From Pseudokineococcus basanitobsidens (GTDB lineage: Bacteria > Actinomycetota > Actinomycetes > Actinomycetales > Quadrisphaeraceae): a DNA stretch of 64,000 nucleotides. Below are positions 18,119 to 27,993 of the stretch, in pieces (within the stretch, counting starts at the first letter, position 1; every line of letters starts with the position of its first letter). Made by a program: the position numbers and the translations under genes. The notes under the pieces are model-generated. The model saw only the letters and a program-made list of their open reading frames with translations. It was not told the origin of the DNA and made no database searches. The stretch lies in contig NZ_JBBIAA010000001.1 of the NCBI RefSeq assembly GCF_037482545.1, positions 321,226 to 385,225 on the forward strand. Reading direction: 5' to 3'.

Positions 18119-19347
18119 CGGGCCGGCGCCTCGAGGCCCTCCCCGCGCCCGGGCGGCGCCACGACCGGGGCGGCCGCCAGCCAGGAGCCGGTGACGAGGA
18201 AGCGGTCGACGACGTCGGGGGCGAGGACGTGCTCGAGCACGAGCCGGGCGGCCCCACGGACGCCGGCCAGCGCCCCCAGGCGCGCGGTGACGACCTCGCA
18301 GCCCGGGGCGTCCGTGCTCCGGGCGTCGTCCAGCGCCTCCCGCAGCCCCTCGCGCAGGCCCGGCAGCAGGTGCTCCTCGGCCTCGGCGAGGTAGCCCCAC
18401 ACCACGACGACCTGCGGGTCGAGGAGGGCTACCGAGGGGGCGAGCGCCCGGCCCACGGCCGCGCCCGCGCCCCGGACCGCCCGGCTCGCGGGGCCGGACC
18501 CCCGTCGCGCCAGGTCGACCACGTCCGCGACGTCGGCGACGGGCAGCCCCTCGGCCGCCAGGCGCCGCACGAGCGCGGCCCCGCCGGCCTCGGCGGCGAG
18601 GCCACGCACCCCGCCGAGGTGCCCGGCCCGCCCGCTCGCCCCGCGCAACGGCACGTCGCGGACGACGACGGCGGCGTCGACGAGCGTGCCGAGCTTTACG
18701 CACACGAGGACTTCCGCGTCGGGCCAGGAGCGGCGTTCCTCGGCGAGGGCCAGCAGGTTCACGTCGCGGTCGAGGTGCACGGGCGCGTCGAAGTGCTCGC
18801 GCAGGAGGCGCTGGTGGGTGGGGCCCCAACTGAGGTCCGTGCCCGCGGGTGCGTCCGCGTAGTCCTCGAGCTCGACGGGGCTGGGAAGGCCGAGGCCGAT
18901 CCCGGCGACCTCCGAGAGACCCCGGCCGAGCGTGCGCAGCAGCCCTTCGAGACCCGCGACGACGTCGGCGACCGCGGCGTCGGCGCCGTCGGCCGCGTCG
19001 CCGTCGACGAGTGCGTGGGCGAGCACCTCGCCCGCGAGGTCGACGACGGCGAGGCGAGAGCCGGAGAGCCCCACCTGACCGACGAGCACGACGGCGCCGC
19101 CCGGCGCCAGAGACGCGTGCGCGGCGGGACGCCCCCGCGCCGACGAGCGCGGGCCGTCGAGGACGACGAGCCCGTGCTCGACGAGGAGGTCGAGGCGTTG
19201 GCGGACCGTCGACCGCGAGGCGCCCACCGCGGCCGCCAGCTCGGAGACCGTCGTCGCCGACGCGGACCGCACGAGCTGCAGCAGCCGACCGGCGCCGTCG
19301 ACGGCGAGCTGTGGTCGGGCGGTGGTGCGCGGGGCCGAGGCGGTCAC
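18103..19347 (-). CDS. ROK family transcriptional regulator
   Basis: 414 aa with an N-terminal wHTH (LLQLVRSASATTVSELAAAVGASRSTVRQRLDLLVEHGLV) plus the ROK sugar-kinase-like domain. Confidence 0.8.
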   Translation of the reverse strand: MTASAPRTTARPQLAVDGAGRLLQLVRSASATTVSELAAAVGASRSTVRQRLDLLVEHGLVVLDGPRSSARGRPAAHASLAPGGAVVLVGQVGLSGSRLAVVDLAGEVLAHALVDGDAADGADAAVADVVAGLEGLLRTLGRGLSEVAGIGLGLPSPVELEDYADAPAGTDLSWGPTHQRLLREHFDAPVHLDRDVNLLALAEERRSWPDAEVLVCVKLGTLVDAAVVVRDVPLRGASGRAGHLGGVRGLAAEAGGAALVRRLAAEGLPVADVADVVDLARRGSGPASRAVRGAGAAVGRALAPSVALLDPQVVVVWGYLAEAEEHLLPGLREGLREALDDARSTDAPGCEVVTARLGALAGVRGAARLVLEHVLAPDVVDRFLVTGSWLAAAPVVAPPGRGEGLEAPARQEDR

Positions 19348-19382
19348 AGCCGCCCATCCTCTCCGACACGGCTCCCGGGGTC

Positions 19383-19428
19383 TTGACGGTCCTCCGCCGT
19401 CGTCCTACGGTTCTCAGAAATCGATTCC
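19383..19428 (+). promoter_or_regulatory. promoter (TTGACG-N17-TACGGT) with GAAATCGATTCC 12-mer
   Basis: -35 at 19383..19388, -10 at 19406..19411, 12-mer at 19417..19428. The GGAGGGGG Shine-Dalgarno and GTG at 19449 follow. The site sits in the region divergent from the ROK regulator gene. Confidence 0.5.
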
Positions 19429-19448
19429 TCACCACGGAGGGGGCTCGG

Positions 19449-20366
19449 GTGCCGAGCGATGCCACCGCCCTGCGTGCCCACCCCGCCCCGCGCCTCGCCG
19501 ACCGGGCGGTCGTCGGGGTCGTCGTCGCCGACATCGCGGACCCCCACTTCGCGCAGCTGGCGCACAGCATCGGCGAGGTGGCGGCCGCCGCCGGCCACCG
19601 GGTGGTCATCGGCAGCACGGGGGAGGACCCGGCCCGGCAGCGCAGCTGCCTGCGGGGGCTGGTCGACGACGGCGTGGCCGGTGTCGTCCTCGTCCCCACC
19701 GGCGACGACGGCACCGACGTCCGGACGGTCCTCGACGGCGGCGTCCCCGTGGTGGCGCTCGACCGCCCCGTGGCCGACCTGCGCGCCGACTCGGTCCGGG
19801 TGGACGACGAGGCGGCGGGACGGGTGGCGACCGCGCACCTGCTCTCGCTCGGGCACCGGGCGACCGCGTTCGTCGGCGGCCCGGCCGACGTCGCCACCGC
19901 CGCGGGCCGGCTGCGTGGCTACGAGGTAGCGGTCGCCGCTGCGGGCAGGGAGCCCCGGAGCGCTTCCGGGCCCTTCACGGTGGACGGCGGGAGGTGCACC
20001 ACCCGGTCGCTCCTCGCCGGCGACCCGCTGCTGACGGCGGTCGTCGCCGCGAGCGACCTCGTCGCGGTCGGCGTCGTCCAGGCCCTGCGCGCGGCAGGGC
20101 GCCGGATCCCCGAGGACGTCGCGGTGGCGACGGTCGACGACCCCTTCTACAGCGCGTGCGTCGACCCGCCCTTGACGTCGGTGGCCCAGCCCGTCCGCCG
20201 CCTCGCGGAGAGGTCCGTGCACCTGCTGCTGGAGCGGTGCCGCGGTGAGCGCGCCGAGCCGGTGCACGAGGTGCTCGGCGTCAAGCTGGTCGTGCGCGCC
20301 TCCAGCGGCGGCAGCGTGTGGGCCGCTGCGGTCTCCGGCGCCCCGGGGCGCCGAGGAAGGTCGTGA
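19449..20366 (+). CDS. LacI-family periplasmic-binding-fold protein lacking the N-terminal HTH
   Basis: Begins directly at the sugar-domain motif (AVVGVVVADIADPHFAQLAHSIGEVAAAAGHRVVIGST) and runs through the C-terminal dimerisation region. No HTH is encoded in any frame upstream. Confidence 0.6.
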   Translation: MPSDATALRAHPAPRLADRAVVGVVVADIADPHFAQLAHSIGEVAAAAGHRVVIGSTGEDPARQRSCLRGLVDDGVAGVVLVPTGDDGTDVRTVLDGGVPVVALDRPVADLRADSVRVDDEAAGRVATAHLLSLGHRATAFVGGPADVATAAGRLRGYEVAVAAAGREPRSASGPFTVDGGRCTTRSLLAGDPLLTAVVAASDLVAVGVVQALRAAGRRIPEDVAVATVDDPFYSACVDPPLTSVAQPVRRLAERSVHLLLERCRGERAEPVHEVLGVKLVVRASSGGSVWAAAVSGAPGRRGRS

Positions 20367-20413
20367 GCGGGACACCGCCGCACCTGGACCCCACCACCCG
20401 ACCGGAGGACGAG

Positions 20414-22069
20414 ATGTCGACCGACAGCGCTGCCCGTTACACCCTGCCGACCGCCCTCCAGCGCCCGGACGCGAAGCCCGGCACGGTGTACACGGTGGCC
20501 AGCGGCGACCTGCGCCCCACCGCCAACATCACCTGCTGGCCCGCGCAGCAACGGCTCGAGGAGCTCTTCGCGACGGCGGTGCGTGGGCTCGGCTGGACGG
20601 TCGAGCGAGGCCACCCGGTCGACCCGGACAAGGGGCACGGCTTCGTCGACAGCCAGCGAGCGGGCATCGAGGTCTTCCGCCGGATCCCTCTCGACGCGCC
20701 GCTCGTCGTCGTCGAGGCCGTCTGGCAGTACAGCCACCACGTGCTCGCCGGGCTGCGCGACCACCGCGGGCCCGTGCTGCTCGTCGCCAACTGGGAGGGC
20801 GAGTTCCCCGGCCTGGTCGGCCTGCTCAACCTCACCGCGAGCCTGACGAAGGCCGACATCTCGCACTCGGTCCTCTGGAGCGAGGACTTCACGGACGACT
20901 GGGCGCTCGGACGGCTGCGCGAGTGGCTCGAGACAGGCCGGGTGGAGCACGACCTCAGCCACGTCCGGGACCTCGGCGACCTCCCGGCCTGCGCGGAGGT
21001 GGACCTGGGTCGGGCCCTCGGACGCCAGCTCCGGGAGGAGAAGGCGATCATCGGCGTCTTCGACGAGGGCTGCATGGGCATGTACAACGCGATCATCGAC
21101 GACGAGCTGCTCAACCCGCTGGGCATCTACAAGGAGCGCCTCTCGCAGAGCGCGCTGGTCGCCGAGATGGGTCGGGTGACCGACGAGGAGGCGTCCGCCG
21201 TCCGCCGGTGGTTGGACGACGCGGGCCTCGACTTCCGCACGGGGACGGACGAGGCCACCGAGCTCACGGACGCCCAGGTCCTGAGCCAGCTGACGATGTA
21301 CGTGGCGGCGCTGCGCATCGCCGACGACTTCGGGTTGGACGCCGTCGGGATCCAGTACCAGCAGGGGCTCAAGGACGTCGTCCCGGCGAGCGACCTCGCC
21401 GAGGGGCTGCTCAACAACGTGTCCCGCCCGCCCGTGCGCAGCCGGGACGGCGCGCGCGAGCTCTACGCCGGCGTTCCGCTGCCGCACTTCAACGAGGTCG
21501 ACGAGGGGGTGGCCGTCGACGCGCTCGTGACCAACCGCGTCTGGTCCGCCATGGGCCTCGACCCGGCGACGACGTTGCACGACGTCCGGTGGGGCGCCGA
21601 GCACGACGGCCGCTTCGTCTGGGTCCTCGAGATCTCCGGCTCCGTGCCCGCCTCCCACCACGGGGGGTACGACCGGTCCTGGAGCATGCGCCAGCCACCG
21701 ATGTTCTTCCCGCTGGGCGGAGGGACGCTCTCGGGCGTCAGCCGACCCGGCCCCGTCGTCTGGTCCCGCGTCTTCCTCATGGACGGCGCACTGCACGTGG
21801 ATCTCGGGCGGGCGAGCGCCGTGGAGCTGCCGGAGGAGGAGACGACCCGCCGGCTCGAGGCGACGAACCGGGAGTGGCCGATCATGCACGCGGTGCTGCA
21901 CGGCGTGTCCCGTGACCAGTTCATGGCGCGGCATAAGGCCAACCACCTCACCGTCGCGTACGGGCAGGACGAGGTGTCCGCTGACCGGGCGCTCCTCGCG
22001 AAGGCTGCCGTCTTCCGCGACCTCGGCGTGCGAGTGCACCTCGTGGGGGACGTGGACCTCGGGCGCTGA
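20414..22069 (+). CDS. L-fucose isomerase family protein (aldose-ketose isomerase)
   Basis: 551 aa. The ATG is preceded by CCGGAGGACGAG. Has a flavodoxin-like N-terminal domain and a C-terminal region (EWPIMHAVLHGVSRDQFMARHKANH) like the FucI/AraA C-domain. Confidence 0.6.
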   Translation: MSTDSAARYTLPTALQRPDAKPGTVYTVASGDLRPTANITCWPAQQRLEELFATAVRGLGWTVERGHPVDPDKGHGFVDSQRAGIEVFRRIPLDAPLVVVEAVWQYSHHVLAGLRDHRGPVLLVANWEGEFPGLVGLLNLTASLTKADISHSVLWSEDFTDDWALGRLREWLETGRVEHDLSHVRDLGDLPACAEVDLGRALGRQLREEKAIIGVFDEGCMGMYNAIIDDELLNPLGIYKERLSQSALVAEMGRVTDEEASAVRRWLDDAGLDFRTGTDEATELTDAQVLSQLTMYVAALRIADDFGLDAVGIQYQQGLKDVVPASDLAEGLLNNVSRPPVRSRDGARELYAGVPLPHFNEVDEGVAVDALVTNRVWSAMGLDPATTLHDVRWGAEHDGRFVWVLEISGSVPASHHGGYDRSWSMRQPPMFFPLGGGTLSGVSRPGPVVWSRVFLMDGALHVDLGRASAVELPEEETTRRLEATNREWPIMHAVLHGVSRDQFMARHKANHLTVAYGQDEVSADRALLAKAAVFRDLGVRVHLVGDVDLGR

Positions 22070-22131
22070 CGTGCGGACCGGTGGACGGTGCCCGGTCCAG
22101 GTGCTGACGACGGACGGTCGGTCGTGCATGT

Positions 22132-22165
22132 CCTGACAAGCGGACCCATGGCGACGGTTGTCAGG
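22132..22165. promoter_or_regulatory. inverted repeat CCTGACAA-N18-TTGTCAGG
   Basis: Lies in the 178-bp gap between the isomerase-family gene and the DHQS-like gene. Could be an operator or a weak terminator. Confidence 0.35.
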
Positions 22166-22247
22166 TCGCGCGACTACCGTGCCCGCGCACGCCAGGAGCA
22201 CCCGCCGAGCCCTCCGGCACGGGCGGTACCGAGCGCGGGAGGACCCG

Positions 22248-23417
22248 ATGAGCGCCACCACCGACCGGAGCACCGCACGGGTGCACCGGACGTCGTTCGC
22301 CCTCGGCGACGACGTCGTCCCCTACGCCTACGGCGACGGGTGCACCGACGAGCTGGTGAGCCTGCTCGGCGAGGAGCTGCGCGGCGCCGACCGCGTCGTC
22401 CTCGTGCACGACGCCGTGGCCGAGGACCTGGCGCGACGCGTCGCCGACGGGCTCGCGGCGTCCCGGCCGGGCGGGCTGCCGGTCGCGGCGCTGGCCTGCA
22501 CCGCCCGCGAGGACCGCAAGACGCTCGGCACGGTCCTCGACCTGGCGGAGCAGGCGGTCGCGGGCGGGGCGACGCGCGGCTCGACCGTCGTCGCGCTCGG
22601 GGGCGGGCTCGTCGGCAACGTCGCGGGCATGGTCGCGGCGACGCTCTTCCGCGGGCTGCCGCTCGTGCACCTGCCGACGACGCCGGTCGCCGCCTTCGAC
22701 GCCGTCCTGTCCGCCAAGCAGGGGGTCAACCTCTCCGCGGGCAAGAACATGGTGGGCACCTTCTGGACGCCCGCGTCGGTCTGGTGCGACCTGGGCTGGC
22801 TGCGCGGCGTCGACGCGCGGCAGCTGCTCACGGGCACGGCCGAGATGGCGAAGAACGTCCTCGCCGTGCTGCCCGACCGCGAGGAGGACCTCCGCACCGC
22901 GGTGGCCGAGATGGCGGACGACTCCTCCGACGCGCTCGCGCGGCTCCTGCAGATCGGGGTCGACGCCAAGGCCCCGCTGCTCGCCGCCGACCCGCACGAG
23001 CGCCGCGAGGCGCTCGTCTTCGAGTACGGCCACACCGTCGGCCACGCCGTCGAGCTGGCCTCCCGCGGTGCGCTGTCGCACGGGGCCTCGGTGGGCTGGG
23101 GGATGCTCGTCGCGGCCGAGGTCGCCCAGCGCCTCGGCCACCTGGACGGCGCGGCGGTCGACGCCCACGCCCGCGTGCTGGCCCCGCTGGGGGTGCGTGA
23201 GGAGGAACGGCCGGTGCTGGACCGCGCCCTCGTGCACCGGCTGCTGCTGCGTGACAACAAGCGCGGCTACCTGCCCGGCATCGGCGACGACGTCGTCCCG
23301 ATGGTGCTGCTCGGCGCGCTCGGCCGGCCGCTCGTGGACGAGCGGGGCCGGCCCCTCATGCCCGTGCCCACCCGGGTCGTGCACGAGGCGGTCGACGCGG
23401 TGCTGCGGCCGGTCTGA
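22248..23417 (+). CDS. 3-dehydroquinate synthase-like sugar-phosphate cyclase superfamily protein
   Basis: GGGLVGNVAGMVAATLFRGLPLVHLPTT and GKNMVGTFWTPASVWCDL match the DHQS/EEVS/DOIS nucleotide and metal motifs. The HTVGHAVE...HGASVGWGM metal-binding histidines are present. Confidence 0.75.
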   Translation: MSATTDRSTARVHRTSFALGDDVVPYAYGDGCTDELVSLLGEELRGADRVVLVHDAVAEDLARRVADGLAASRPGGLPVAALACTAREDRKTLGTVLDLAEQAVAGGATRGSTVVALGGGLVGNVAGMVAATLFRGLPLVHLPTTPVAAFDAVLSAKQGVNLSAGKNMVGTFWTPASVWCDLGWLRGVDARQLLTGTAEMAKNVLAVLPDREEDLRTAVAEMADDSSDALARLLQIGVDAKAPLLAADPHERREALVFEYGHTVGHAVELASRGALSHGASVGWGMLVAAEVAQRLGHLDGAAVDAHARVLAPLGVREEERPVLDRALVHRLLLRDNKRGYLPGIGDDVVPMVLLGALGRPLVDERGRPLMPVPTRVVHEAVDAVLRPV

Positions 23418-23462
23418 CGGCGCGGCCCCGCCGATGCCCCCGCGGACGGCGGGCGACGCCGC

Positions 23463-25080
23463 TCAGCTCCGCGCGGACGACCAGTCGTCGAGGTCGACCG
23501 GCAGGTCGTCGTCGAGGTCCCGCAACGCCTCGAAGGTGCCCTCGAGCGCCGCGTAGAGGCCGGCGTGCACGGGCAGCAGTCGCGCGTAGAGGGCCGCGGC
23601 GGCCGGGTCCGGCCGGACGACGTCGGAGACCTCGACGCGGTCGGCGGCCACCTCGACGCTCGGCACGAGCCCGAGCGCCGTCATGGCGATGACGGCGGCG
23701 CCGTAGCCGGAGCCCTGCGTCCCGCTGGGGAAGGAGATCTCCATCCCCAGGACGTCGGCGAGCATCTGGCGCCACACCGCCGAGCGGGCGAAGCCGCCCG
23801 TCGCGCGGACCTCGGTGATGTCGTGCCCCGCCTCGCGCAGGGAAGCCAGGACGAGGGCGAGCTGCTGGCAGACGCCCTCGAGCGCCGCGCGCACGAGGTG
23901 CTCGCGGCCGTGGTGGCGCTGCAGGCCGACGTAGGCGCCCCGCGGCAGCGACGTCCAGTACGGCGCCCGCTCGCTCAGCAGGTAGGGGAGCATCAGCAGG
24001 CCGCCGCAGCCGGGCGGGGCCAGCGCCGCCAGGTCGGTGAGCGCCTCCTCGGGCTCGTCGCCCAGCTCGTCGGCGAGCAGCTCCATGTCGGGCGCGAGCG
24101 CGTCGCCGACCCAGCGCAGGACGACCCCGCCGTTGGTGATCGCCCCGCCGACGGCCCACAGGTCGTCGGTGAGCGCGTAGCAGAACGTGCGGCCGGCAGG
24201 GTCGACGCCCGGGCGGTCGACCACGACGCGCAGGGCGCCGCTCGTGCCGATGGAGACGCTCGCGATGCCGGGGCGGACCGCGCCGACGCCGAGGTTGGCG
24301 AGCGGGCCGTCCCCGCCGCCGACGACGAGCGGGACGTCGCGCCCGAGGCCGAGGTCGTCGGCCACCCCGGGCATCAGGCGCAGGCGGTGCGTCACCGGGA
24401 CGGGACGGGGCAGCTGCTCCGGGGTGGTGCTCGCCAGCTCGAGCGCCTCGGGGTCCCAGTCGAGGGTGCGCAGGTCGAGCAGCCCGTTGCCGGACGCCAT
24501 CGAGTGGTCGACCACCCACTCGCCCGACCAGGCGTGGAGCAGCAGCTCCTTGATGCCGACCCAGTGCGCGACGCGGGCGGCGACCTCCGGGCGCTCCTCG
24601 GCGAACCACGCGAGCTTCGGCAGCGGGGACATGGGGTGCACCGGCGTCCCCGTCCGGCGGTGCACCCCCGGCCCGGGTCCCCGCCGGATCCGGTCGGCCT
24701 GCGGCGTCGCGCGTCGGTCGGCCCAGGTGACGACGGCCGTCAGGGGCACGTCGTCCGCGTCCACCCCGATGAGGCTGTGCATCGCCCCGCTGACGCCGAG
24801 CCCGACGACGCGGCCCGCGCCGTCCACCCGGCGCACCACGGTGCGCACGGCCTCGGCCGCGGCGGCCAGGATCGCGGCGGGGTCCTGCTCGGCCCAGCCC
24901 GGCTCCGGCTCGTCGAGGGAGTACTCCACCTCGGCCTCCGCGACGGCGTCGCCCGCGGTCGTGAAGGCGGCGACCTTCGTCGCCGTCGTCCCGAGGTCCA
25001 CCCCCAGGACGAGCGGTCGCCCCCCCGCGGCGTCCGTGGCGGGCGGGGGGCTCGTCGTGGGGGAGGGCACGACCGCCATC
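23463..25080 (-). CDS. FGGY family carbohydrate kinase
   Basis: LVLGVDLGTTATKVAAF sits at the N-terminus and a second actin-like domain follows. Convergent with the DHQS-like gene. Confidence 0.8.
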
Positions 25081-25193
25081 CTGGCGCACGCGACCGGCCC
25101 GGTCGGCGTCCTGCCGGGGGCCGGCGCGCGGGCCGGGCCCCGCCGACGGACCGCGCCCCGGCCGCCGGGGGGCTGCTGCCTACGCTGCGCCGC

Positions 25194-26012
25194 ATGGTCG
25201 TCCCCGAGCCGCCGGTCGACGCCGGGCGACCCCTGCGCGGCACGCCGCCGGCCCCGCGCCCGTCGGCGCCGGAGCGCTCGCGCCTGCGCCTGGAGGTCTT
25301 CCTCGTCCTGGCGCTCAGCCTCGGCGCCTCGGCGGTCTACGCCGTCGTGAGCCTCGTGGGCACGCTGACCCGGGGGCCCCTGCGCGAGGCGACGGCGACG
25401 CTCAACGCCTCCCGCAGCGATCGCCCGTGGTTCGACCTGACCTACCAGCTGCTGGCGACGGCGACGGCGCTCGTCCCGGTCGTCCTGGCGCTGGCGCTGC
25501 TGGGGTGGAGCCGCGGGTGGACCCCGCGGGCGGCCGCCCGCTCGCTCGGGTTCGACCTGCGCCGCCCCGGCCGCGACCTCCTGCAGGGCCTCGGCCTGGC
25601 CGCGCTGATCGGCGTCCCCGGGCTCGGGCTCTACCTCGCCGGCCGGGCGCTCGGCGTCACCGCCGACGTGGACCCCGCCGCGCTCGACACGTACTGGTGG
25701 ACGGTGCCGGTGCTGCTGCTCTCGGCCGTCAAGAACGGCGTCCTCGAGGAGGTCGTCGTCGTGGGATGGCTGCTGCGGCGGCTGCACGACCTGCGCTGGG
25801 GCCCCGTCGCGGCCATCGCCGCCAGCGCGCTGCTGCGGGGCAGCTACCACCTGTACCAGGGGGTCGGACCCTTCGTGGGCAACGCCGTCATGGGCGTCGT
25901 CTTCGCGCTCGTCTACCGCCGCACGGGCCGGGTGATGCCGCTCGTCGTCGCGCACACGCTCATCGACGCCGTCGCGTTCGTCGGCTACGCCGCCGTGCGG
26001 CCGTACCTCTGA
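25194..26012 (+). CDS. CPBP (CAAX/Abi) family intramembrane metalloprotease
   Basis: Polytopic, with EEVVVVGWLLRRL and HTLIDAVAF motifs. Confidence 0.7.
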   Translation: MVVPEPPVDAGRPLRGTPPAPRPSAPERSRLRLEVFLVLALSLGASAVYAVVSLVGTLTRGPLREATATLNASRSDRPWFDLTYQLLATATALVPVVLALALLGWSRGWTPRAAARSLGFDLRRPGRDLLQGLGLAALIGVPGLGLYLAGRALGVTADVDPAALDTYWWTVPVLLLSAVKNGVLEEVVVVGWLLRRLHDLRWGPVAAIAASALLRGSYHLYQGVGPFVGNAVMGVVFALVYRRTGRVMPLVVAHTLIDAVAFVGYAAVRPYL

Positions 26013-26148
26013 GCCCCCCCGCCTCCACGCGCCCCCCGCCGCCACCGCGGCGGCGGTGGTCCGCTGCTCCGTCCGGGTGGTCCGCGGCCGGCGGGACGTG
26101 GCGGCGCGTCATCACTCTGGGGCGTTTTCGAACACGACGCGTGACGAC

Positions 26149-27939
26149 ATGGCCGGAGGCTGGGAGGGTAGCGGCGTGCGGCGACGACATCAGGTGCGCT
26201 CCCGGCGCCCCGGGGCGGGCGTGGACGAGGCGGGCGCGGGTCCCGGCCCGCTCGTGGTCGGCACCGCCGCGGTGGTCCTGCTCCTGTGCGCCGCCCTCGC
26301 CACCCTCTGCACGGTCTTCCCCGGCGAGGGGCGGACGAGGGCGCTGACCGCCGCGGCCGCGCTCGCCGGGGGTGCCGCCGGACTGGTGCTGCTGCGCCGG
26401 CGGTCGGTCGTGGGGTGGCGGGCGCTGCGGGCGACCGTGGTCGCCGCGGAGGTCGTCCTCGCCGTCCTGGCCCTCGACATCACCGGGGACGAGGCGCGCC
26501 TCGTCGCGACGACGGGCCTGTTCGTCCTCGCCGTGCTCCCCGGCGCGATCCTCCTGCGGCGCCTGGCCGCGACCGTCCACCTGGTCGCCGTCCTCGCCGT
26601 CGTCGGGGCCCTCCTCCTCGTGCGGCCGGGGCCGCCCCTCGTGGCGGAGGCGGCCCTCCTGCTCGCGACCCTGGGGGCGACCTCGCTCATCGGCGCCGTC
26701 GTGAGCCGCTCCGTGGTCCGCGCCGAGGTGGACGAGCTCACGCAGCTGCCCAACCGGAGGGCCCTGGAGCGCCGCCTGGACGCCGACGTCGCCGCCGGGC
26801 GCGCGGGCGACGTCGCGCTCGCGATGCTCGACCTCGACGGCTTCAAGGAGGTCAACGACGTCCACGGCCACGCGGCGGGGGACGCGCGCCTCGTCGCCGT
26901 GGCGCGCCACCTGCGGGCGGGGCTCGACGGCGAGGGGCTGCTGGCCCGGCTCGGCGGCGACGAGTTCGTCTGGGTCGCCGAGGGCGCCGAGGGCCGCGTC
27001 CGCCATCGTCTGGCCGCCGCGGTCGCGGACCTGCCCCAGGGGCAGCGGGCCTCGTTCGGCGTCGCCGTGCTCGACCCCGCGGACTCCGCGGCCACGTGGC
27101 GCCAGCGTGCCGACGCGGACCTCTACGACGCCAAGCGCCGCCGCCGCGGGCTCCTCCCGGCGAGCCTGGACACGCCCGAGGCGGAGGACCTGCTGCGCGC
27201 CATCACCGACGGCCAGCTCGTCGTCCGGTACCAACCGGTCGTCGACCTCGCGACGGGCGACCTCGCGGGCGTCGAGGCGCTCGTGCGCTGGCAGCACCCG
27301 CGCCGCGGGCTCCTGGGGCCGGACGCCTTCCTGCCCCTGGCGGAGGCGACCGGCGTCGTCGAACTCCTCGGCGCGCGGGTGCTGCGCGCGGCCTGCCACG
27401 AGGTGCGCGCCTGGCAGCGGCGCACGGGTACCCGGGCGGGCGTGGCCGTCAACGTCTCGGCCGCCGAGCTCGCCGAGCCGGCCTACCCCGCGCGCGTCCT
27501 GCGCGCGCTCGCCGACAGCGGCCTCCCGGCCGCCGACCTCGTGCTCGAGGTCACCGAGACGGCCTTCGCCGACGTCCCGACCATGACGCGGTCCCTGCGC
27601 GAGCTGCGGACGGCCGGCGTCCGGGTGGCGGTCGACGACTTCGGCACGGGCTGGTCGACGCTCTCGCGGCTGGACCAGCTGCCCGTCGACGTGCTCAAGC
27701 TCGACAAGTCCTTCGTGGACCGGGTCGTCCCGGGGCAGGGCTGCACGCCGGTCGTGGACGCGGTCCTGGCCATGGCGCGGGCCCTGGACCTGGCGGTCAC
27801 CGCCGAGGGCGTCGAGCACGCCCACCAGGTCGCCGCCCTGCGGGACGCGGGGTGCGACACCGCGCAGGGCTACCACCTGCAGCGACCGGTCCCGCTGGAC
27901 GAGGTCGACCTCGCCCGCCGCGTCCGCGTCCCCGCCTGA
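26149..27939 (+). CDS. membrane-anchored GGDEF-EAL signalling protein (diguanylate cyclase/phosphodiesterase)
   Basis: About six N-terminal TM helices, then intact GGDEF (RLGGDEFVWV) and EAL (VEALVRWQHP) motifs. Confidence 0.8.
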   Translation: MAGGWEGSGVRRRHQVRSRRPGAGVDEAGAGPGPLVVGTAAVVLLLCAALATLCTVFPGEGRTRALTAAAALAGGAAGLVLLRRRSVVGWRALRATVVAAEVVLAVLALDITGDEARLVATTGLFVLAVLPGAILLRRLAATVHLVAVLAVVGALLLVRPGPPLVAEAALLLATLGATSLIGAVVSRSVVRAEVDELTQLPNRRALERRLDADVAAGRAGDVALAMLDLDGFKEVNDVHGHAAGDARLVAVARHLRAGLDGEGLLARLGGDEFVWVAEGAEGRVRHRLAAAVADLPQGQRASFGVAVLDPADSAATWRQRADADLYDAKRRRRGLLPASLDTPEAEDLLRAITDGQLVVRYQPVVDLATGDLAGVEALVRWQHPRRGLLGPDAFLPLAEATGVVELLGARVLRAACHEVRAWQRRTGTRAGVAVNVSAAELAEPAYPARVLRALADSGLPAADLVLEVTETAFADVPTMTRSLRELRTAGVRVAVDDFGTGWSTLSRLDQLPVDVLKLDKSFVDRVVPGQGCTPVVDAVLAMARALDLAVTAEGVEHAHQVAALRDAGCDTAQGYHLQRPVPLDEVDLARRVRVPA

Positions 27940-27951
27940 GGACGGCGCTCG

Positions 27952-27971
27952 GCCCCGGCGGCTCCCGGGGC
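27952..27971. terminator. GC-rich hairpin GCCCCGG-N6-CCGGGGC between convergent genes
   Basis: Sits in the 54-bp convergent gap between the GGDEF-EAL gene (+) and the PP2C gene (-). No U-tract, as is typical of actinobacterial terminators. Confidence 0.4.
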
Positions 27972-27993
27972 GTCGTCCGGGGGTGACGGGCGG

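Noticed and set aside
26047-26064. Short inverted repeat CCACCGC-GGCG-GCGGTGG after the CPBP gene.
   Set aside because: The 7-bp GC stem is common by chance at this GC content. It is a possible weak terminator but not strong enough to list as a feature.
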